64,000 nt of DNA, taken from an uncultured Anaerolineaceae bacterium (GTDB lineage Bacteria > Chloroflexota > Anaerolineae > 4572-78). The stretch lies in NCBI GenBank assembly GCA_964570315.1, contig CAZMXX010000001.1, forward strand, positions 3,649 to 67,648. The letters run 5' to 3'. The notes under the pieces were generated by a model. It saw only the letters and a list, made by a program, of their open reading frames with translations, searched no databases and had not been told where the DNA came from. Positions 59,284 to 64,000 of this stretch are shown piece after piece. Position 1 is the stretch's first letter. Each line of letters opens with the position of its first letter. A program made the position numbers and the translations under genes.

Positions 59284-61335
59284 ATGCGTTACCGTCTTTT
59301 TTTGCTGATAATTTTCATCCTGCTGATACCCGCTACCGCGCGCGCCGACGACCCCGCCGCGCCGAAAAATCGGGTGCAAGCCAGCGTCACATTTAAAGAG
59401 CTGGGGGAAAAAACGCTCACGCTCAAAACCATTTACGACCAATCGTCCGTCTCGTTCAGTCTGCCCGCCGGGCGAAAAATTGAACGGGCAACACTGAATA
59501 TGGAATTTTCGCACGGGAAAAAGCTGCTGTCCGCCGCCTCCGACCTGACCATTGTTTTGAATGCCGAGCCGGTGGCGAATATCATCCTTTCGCCGGAAAA
59601 CGCCGACCGCAACATCATCCCCATCCCCTTGCCCGCCGAAGCGTTCATCCCCGGCGAAAATACCCTCACCTTCCGCCTGAATCAACGTTTGCGCACCAAA
59701 GGTTGCGGTGATGTGGGCGACAGCCGCTTGTGGACCAAAATCTATTCCGCCAGTTTTCTGGAATTGGAAACGGTGGACGAACCCATCCCCGCCGATTTGG
59801 GGCAGTATCCCCGCCCCTTCACCAGTTTGACCCCGCTAGCGGACAGCCCGCAGGTATTGTTCGTCCTGCCCGATGCACCCACCGCCACCGAATTGACCGC
59901 CGCCGCCGCGATTGCCGCCGCGCTGGGGCAATCCGCCGCGTGGAAACAGCCGCCATTGCAGGCGGTCACGGTAAGTCGGCTCAACACCGCCGACACGGTG
60001 AACAACCATCTGCTCGCCATCGGCAGCGCCGAACGCAACCCGCTGGCGCAAAATGCCGCCCCCGGTCTCACCATTGCCCCTTCCCCGTACAATGCCAACC
60101 GGCTGCTGTTGACGGTCTCCGGCGCTACCGAGGCGGAATTGGCGCAGGCGGGCAACATGCTCGCCACCCCATCGGCGTGGGCAGATTTTTCCGGCGCCAC
60201 CATCCCCCCCGCCGATGTTTCGCCGCGCCCTGTGCCCGTGCGCACCACTCGCGCCACCTTCGCGGAACTGGGTTTCTCCGACCGCCGTGTGCGGGGTATC
60301 GGCGCGCATGACATCTATTTCCCGATTGATATTCCGTACAATTGGAAACCGACCAGCGACGCTTCCATCGAAGTGCGCTTCAGCCACGCCTCGGTGCAGT
60401 TGGACGCCGCCACCTCGAAAATGAGCGCCTTCATCAACGGTTTCAAAGTGGCGGATGTAGCGTTGACCAAGCGGAACGACATCAACGGGCGGCTGGTGAT
60501 TCAACTTTCGCCGCGCCAGATTCATCCGGGGCGAAATTGGCTCCATCTCTCCTTCGATTTGCACGTGCAAAAAGAAGATTGCAACTTCCGCTATTTGCAG
60601 GAGGCGTGGGCAACCGTTTCGGCGGAGAAATCAACGCTGAATTTGGCGCACGTCAACAGCGAGCCGCCGTTGGAATTGCGCTATCTGCCCTCGCCGTTGG
60701 TGACGCCGGAAGATTTGAGCGCGGACATTTTTGTGCTGGCATCGCAACCCACCGCCGCCGAATTGACCGCGCTGGTGCGCACCGCCGCCAAACTGGGCAC
60801 GTATGTGTCGGTGGACGGGTTGCGCCCCCGCGCCACCACCGCCGACGCATTCAACCCCGCCGACGCGCCCGACAGCCATGTCATCGCCATTGGTGCGCCG
60901 GAAACCAATGCCCTGCTGGCGAAATATGATTCGGCGCTGCCGCAACATCTCATCCGTTCCCCGGAAAACGAGCCGGCATCCAATCAGGAAATTTTGGAAC
61001 CGTTGCCCGCGTCCATCGAATACAGTTCCGGTTACATTCAGGTTTTGCCCGCCCCGTGGGACTCGCGGGGGACGCTGATGGTGTTGAGCGCATTTGAAGA
61101 ACCCTTGCTGGCAAAAGCGGTGGACGCGCTCCCCACGCTGGGGAAACGGCTCAAAATACAGGGAAATGTGGCGGTCATCATGCCCGACCAAATCATCGGG
61201 CTGAACATCGGCAGCTTGGCGGAAGCGCAACTGCCCGACAATATGCGGCGACTGCTGGCGGCAATTCTCATCGGCGGATTTGCGCTCATCGGCGGATTCA
61301 GTTGGTGGGCATCCCGTCGCAGAAATGGAAAGTAG
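59284..61335 (+). CDS. BcsB-like (cellulose synthase regulatory subunit-like) protein with a C-terminal TM anchor (tentative)
   Basis: Signal peptide MRYRLFLLIIFILLIPATARA. Two internally similar modules (SVSFSLPAGRKIERATLNMEFSH...LTIVLNAEPVANI... and IYFPIDIPYNW...IEVRFSH...SAFINGFKVADV...), each followed by a linker domain. C-terminal TM LLAAILIGGFALIGGFSWW. This is the duplicated architecture of BcsB. Confidence 0.65.
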   Translation: MRYRLFLLIIFILLIPATARADDPAAPKNRVQASVTFKELGEKTLTLKTIYDQSSVSFSLPAGRKIERATLNMEFSHGKKLLSAASDLTIVLNAEPVANIILSPENADRNIIPIPLPAEAFIPGENTLTFRLNQRLRTKGCGDVGDSRLWTKIYSASFLELETVDEPIPADLGQYPRPFTSLTPLADSPQVLFVLPDAPTATELTAAAAIAAALGQSAAWKQPPLQAVTVSRLNTADTVNNHLLAIGSAERNPLAQNAAPGLTIAPSPYNANRLLLTVSGATEAELAQAGNMLATPSAWADFSGATIPPADVSPRPVPVRTTRATFAELGFSDRRVRGIGAHDIYFPIDIPYNWKPTSDASIEVRFSHASVQLDAATSKMSAFINGFKVADVALTKRNDINGRLVIQLSPRQIHPGRNWLHLSFDLHVQKEDCNFRYLQEAWATVSAEKSTLNLAHVNSEPPLELRYLPSPLVTPEDLSADIFVLASQPTAAELTALVRTAAKLGTYVSVDGLRPRATTADAFNPADAPDSHVIAIGAPETNALLAKYDSALPQHLIRSPENEPASNQEILEPLPASIEYSSGYIQVLPAPWDSRGTLMVLSAFEEPLLAKAVDALPTLGKRLKIQGNVAVIMPDQIIGLNIGSLAEAQLPDNMRRLLAAILIGGFALIGGFSWWASRRRNGK

Positions 61336-61344
61336 GAGAACGAC

Positions 61345-62202
61345 ATGCAAAAAAACACCCTCTGGCTCAAATTGTGGGCATTCGGTTTAACCCTGGCGAT
61401 ACTCGCCGCAACCTATCTCATCATCGCCGTCAACCCCATCGAAATTGCGCCGGTCTACTTGGGCTTGCTGGCAATCGTCGCCGGCATCGGGCTGGTGACC
61501 AACGTGCTGGGCGGCAGTATCGCCTCGGTGGGCGCAGTGTTCGCCATCGTGTTCATCAATCAACTCAGCGGCATTTATCCCCGAGAGAGTCTGTTCATCA
61601 ATGTCGCCACCGAATTGATTGCCCTGCTGCTGGTGGGACCGCTGGCGGGGCGCACCGCCGCGCTGATTGACCGCATCTATCGCCGCGCCGTCCACTGGCG
61701 CACCCGCGCCCGCGAACTTTCGGCGCACGATGAAACCTTCGGCGTGCTGAAACCGGATTTCGCCAAAACGCGGCTCGACGAAGAAATTTTACGCGCCAAA
61801 ACTTTCAACCGCCCCCTTTCGGTGGTGATGATGGACATCGTTCCCCGCCATGCCCCCGCCGACGGCAACGGCTCGGCGCACGTTTTGCAGGCGATGGTGC
61901 GCGTGGCACGCTCGCTCACCGCCCCGCCCGCCGTGGTCGCCCGCACCGGCGAAAATCAACTCTCGCTCATTCTGCCCGAATACACCGCCGAAAGGGCAGC
62001 GGAACTTTCGCACCGACTGATGCGCCATGCCGAACAGACTCCCTTCTTCCCCCCGGAAGATTCGGCGTCGCTGGGGAACCCCATCAGCAGTTGGGGAACG
62101 CTCCGCGCGGGAATTGCCGCGCTGAACGGACAACCCGAAACGGGCGAAAGTTTGCTGGCACGGGCGCAAACCGCGCTGAACGGAGAAAACGCGCATGTTT
62201 GA
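61345..62202 (+). CDS. Membrane protein with a degenerate GGDEF-like domain
   Basis: Four N-terminal TM segments. The C-terminal domain aligns with the GGDEF fold, but the signature reads ARTGENQLSLIL instead of R-x-GGDEF, and the upstream D-x-FK-x-x-ND/GH-x-x-GD motifs are missing. Confidence 0.7.
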   Translation: MQKNTLWLKLWAFGLTLAILAATYLIIAVNPIEIAPVYLGLLAIVAGIGLVTNVLGGSIASVGAVFAIVFINQLSGIYPRESLFINVATELIALLLVGPLAGRTAALIDRIYRRAVHWRTRARELSAHDETFGVLKPDFAKTRLDEEILRAKTFNRPLSVVMMDIVPRHAPADGNGSAHVLQAMVRVARSLTAPPAVVARTGENQLSLILPEYTAERAAELSHRLMRHAEQTPFFPPEDSASLGNPISSWGTLRAGIAALNGQPETGESLLARAQTALNGENAHV

Positions 62203-63469
62203 ACTGCTTCTGGTCATTGCCCTTTATCTCATCTTCATTGTTTATTGGCGCATCCGGCAAATTAATCACGAGCGCCGCATCCACGCCTACGATGTTCGCA
62301 TCCACGTGAACGGCATTCGCGGCAAAAGTACCGTCACCCGGCTGGTGGCGGGCGCACTGCGCAACGCGGGCTACCGCACCGTGGCGAAAACAACCGGCTC
62401 GGCGGCGGTGACGATTGATTTGGACGGGCGCGACATCCCCATTGAGCGACGGGGCGCGCCCAACGTGAAAGAACAGCAGGACATCATCGCCGAATGGGAA
62501 CCCCTGCACGCCGAAGCGATGGTGATTGAGTGTATGGCGCTCCAGCCGAAATATCAGGAATGGACGGAAAAGATGGTGCTGCAAGCGCACATCGGGGTGA
62601 TAACCAACGTGCGGGAAGACCATCAGGATGTGATGGGCGAGACCCTGCCCGAAATCGCGGTCAGTTTGGCGCACATGTGCCCGTTCAACGGCTATCTCGT
62701 CACCGCGGAATACGACCCCGAATTGCAGGCAATTCTGCGCGCCGAAGCGGAAAAGCGCGGCTCGAAATTAATTGTCGCCGACCCCGCCCGCGTGCGCGAC
62801 GATGAAATCGCGCAATTCGATTACCTTTCTTTCAAAGACAATCTCGCCATCGGGCTGGCAATTGCCGATTTGCTGGGCATTGACCGCGATGTGGCAATGG
62901 ATGGGATGATCCATTCCCAGCCGGACATCGGCGTGGTGCGCCTGCAAAACACCGAAATTCGCGGCAAGCCGGTGATGTGGGCGAATCTGTTCGCCGTGAA
63001 TGACCGCGAATCGATGATCATCAGCATGGATATGCTCAACGCCTATTGCGACGAAAAGACGCTGAAAATCGGCATTCTGAATAACCGTTATGACCGCGAA
63101 CGCCGCGCGGAACAGTTCGGCGATATTGCGGTGAAAGATTTGTCCTTCGATTGGCTCATCACCTTTGGCGCGTTTGAAGATTTGGTGACCCGTAAATTGA
63201 AGGAAAACGGTTTCCCCGCCGAGTACATCGTCAATTTGGGGTTCAGCGTCAATCCCTCGCTGAATGAAATTCTGGACGCCATCGCCGGGATGATTCCCGA
63301 CGGCTACCGCGCCATGCTGGTCGGGTTCGTCAATATTCACACCCCGCAGGCGGAATTGATGATGGAACACTTTGAAGGGCTGGACAGCGCACATCACACC
63401 GCCACCACAGACACGGCGTATGCCCTCGGCTATTGGCAACGGCAACGATTTGAAATGGCACATCTTTAG
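62195..63469 (+). CDS. pgsB: Poly-gamma-glutamate synthase PgsB/CapB (Mur-ligase family)
   Basis: N-terminal TM, then IHVNGIRGKSTVTRLVAGALRNAGYRTVAKTTGS...ECMALQP...GVITNVREDHQDVMGETL. This follows the remembered Bacillus subtilis PgsB sequence closely. 8-nt overlap with the upstream gene. Confidence 0.9.
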   Translation: MFELLLVIALYLIFIVYWRIRQINHERRIHAYDVRIHVNGIRGKSTVTRLVAGALRNAGYRTVAKTTGSAAVTIDLDGRDIPIERRGAPNVKEQQDIIAEWEPLHAEAMVIECMALQPKYQEWTEKMVLQAHIGVITNVREDHQDVMGETLPEIAVSLAHMCPFNGYLVTAEYDPELQAILRAEAEKRGSKLIVADPARVRDDEIAQFDYLSFKDNLAIGLAIADLLGIDRDVAMDGMIHSQPDIGVVRLQNTEIRGKPVMWANLFAVNDRESMIISMDMLNAYCDEKTLKIGILNNRYDRERRAEQFGDIAVKDLSFDWLITFGAFEDLVTRKLKENGFPAEYIVNLGFSVNPSLNEILDAIAGMIPDGYRAMLVGFVNIHTPQAELMMEHFEGLDSAHHTATTDTAYALGYWQRQRFEMAHL

Positions 63470-63579
63470 TTCTTGGTAGTCAGTTTTTGGTTATCAGTTT
63501 TCAGTTTTACGGCAAGCAACGCCCCCTCTCTGATAACTGATTACTGAAAACCAACCGCTGTTTTTCGGGAGAAAAAAGC

Positions 63580-64000
63580 ATGCATAATTACGGTATCCCC
63601 ACCGAAGTTGTCCGGCTGGTGTTGGCATTGGGCATCATCGTCAGTATATTAATCTATGAACGTTTCCGGCTAACGGGCGGCGCGGCAGTGGTTGCCGGGT
63701 ATCTGGGCATTTTTGTCAATCGCCCGCTGTATATCATCACCACCATCGGCATTGCGCTCATCACCTATTTTGTCGTGCAGCGGTTCATCGCCCGCCGCAT
63801 GTTTCTGTACGGACGGCGGCGGCTGGTGGTGATGGTGATGGTCGGCATGGTATTTGAGGGCATCGCCGGGACGGTGGCATATTTCACCGCCTCGGATGTC
63901 GCTTGGCTCATCGGGCTGTACGGGGTGGGGTTTGTGCTGCCGGGACTCATCGCGCAGGATATGGAACGGCAGGGCGTGTGGCGCACCGTCTTCACCACGC
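63580..64000 (+). CDS. pgsC: Poly-gamma-glutamate synthase component PgsC/CapC (3' end beyond the window)
   Basis: My own translation from the ATG at 63580 (GGGAG RBS): MHNYGIPTEVVRLVLALGIIVSILIYERFRLTGGAAVVAGYLGIFVNRP...MFLYGRRR...VLPGLIAQDMERQG. It matches the PgsC landmarks GYLG-x-x-FN-x-P, LYGRR and VPGLIA. Absent from the ORF track because no stop falls in the window. Confidence 0.85.
   Translation, partial: MHNYGIPTEVVRLVLALGIIVSILIYERFRLTGGAAVVAGYLGIFVNRPLYIITTIGIALITYFVVQRFIARRMFLYGRRRLVVMVMVGMVFEGIAGTVAYFTASDVAWLIGLYGVGFVLPGLIAQDMERQGVWRTVFTT

Overview
This is a GC-rich bacterial chromosomal segment. Every gene I can support (about 57 CDS) lies on the + strand. I found no rRNA, tRNA, CRISPR array, transposase, integrase or phage genes.

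Content in order:
- 1-1125: 3' end of a P1B-type metal ATPase with an unusual CPD transmembrane motif.
- 1.2-7.4 kb: six back-to-back two-component genes.
- 7.5-8.2 kb: a lipoprotein cytochrome c with a His/Asp/Glu-rich tandem repeat.
- 10-18.7 kb: a cytochrome c maturation and metal-handling island (YHS protein, TlpA/ResA-like thioredoxin, CcmF, CcmH, CcdA, an HMA-fused membrane protein, two DUF1573 proteins, several Cys-motif unknowns).
- 20.2-24.4 kb: a YbhFSR-like ABC-2 exporter.
- 25.4-29.4 kb: a compact five-gene module. It holds a PCYCGC lipoprotein, a CuA-type cupredoxin, a DUF1573-like gene with an in-frame TGA, a NapH-like membrane polyferredoxin and a CuA-cupredoxin/cytochrome c fusion.
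- 29.6-43.5 kb: a NarX/NarL-like pair and a Thermus-style respiratory nitrate reductase locus (narC-like, narGHJI, two NarK-type transporters).
- 43.7-51.6 kb: a second sensor kinase/regulator pair followed by three adjacent multiheme cytochromes carrying about 30 heme motifs. The first has an N-terminal collagen-like Gly-X-Y stalk.
- 52-64 kb: an envelope/exopolymer locus (M23 peptidase, YVTN beta-propeller/PKD protein, 1028-aa TPR protein, BcsB-like protein, degenerate GGDEF membrane protein, PgsB, 5' part of PgsC).

The best candidates for undescribed biology are four:
- the orphan CuA/polyferredoxin module at 25.4-29.4 kb;
- the TGA-interrupted DUF1573-like gene with a SECIS-like hairpin;
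- the collagen-stalked octaheme cytochrome at the head of the 30-heme module;
- the BcsB-like/GGDEF-like/PgsBC combination.

Gene content loosely suggests a Chloroflexota-like organism, but that is a low-confidence impression. All calls rest on reading the supplied translations and the DNA by eye. No database search, HMM or folding computation was run.
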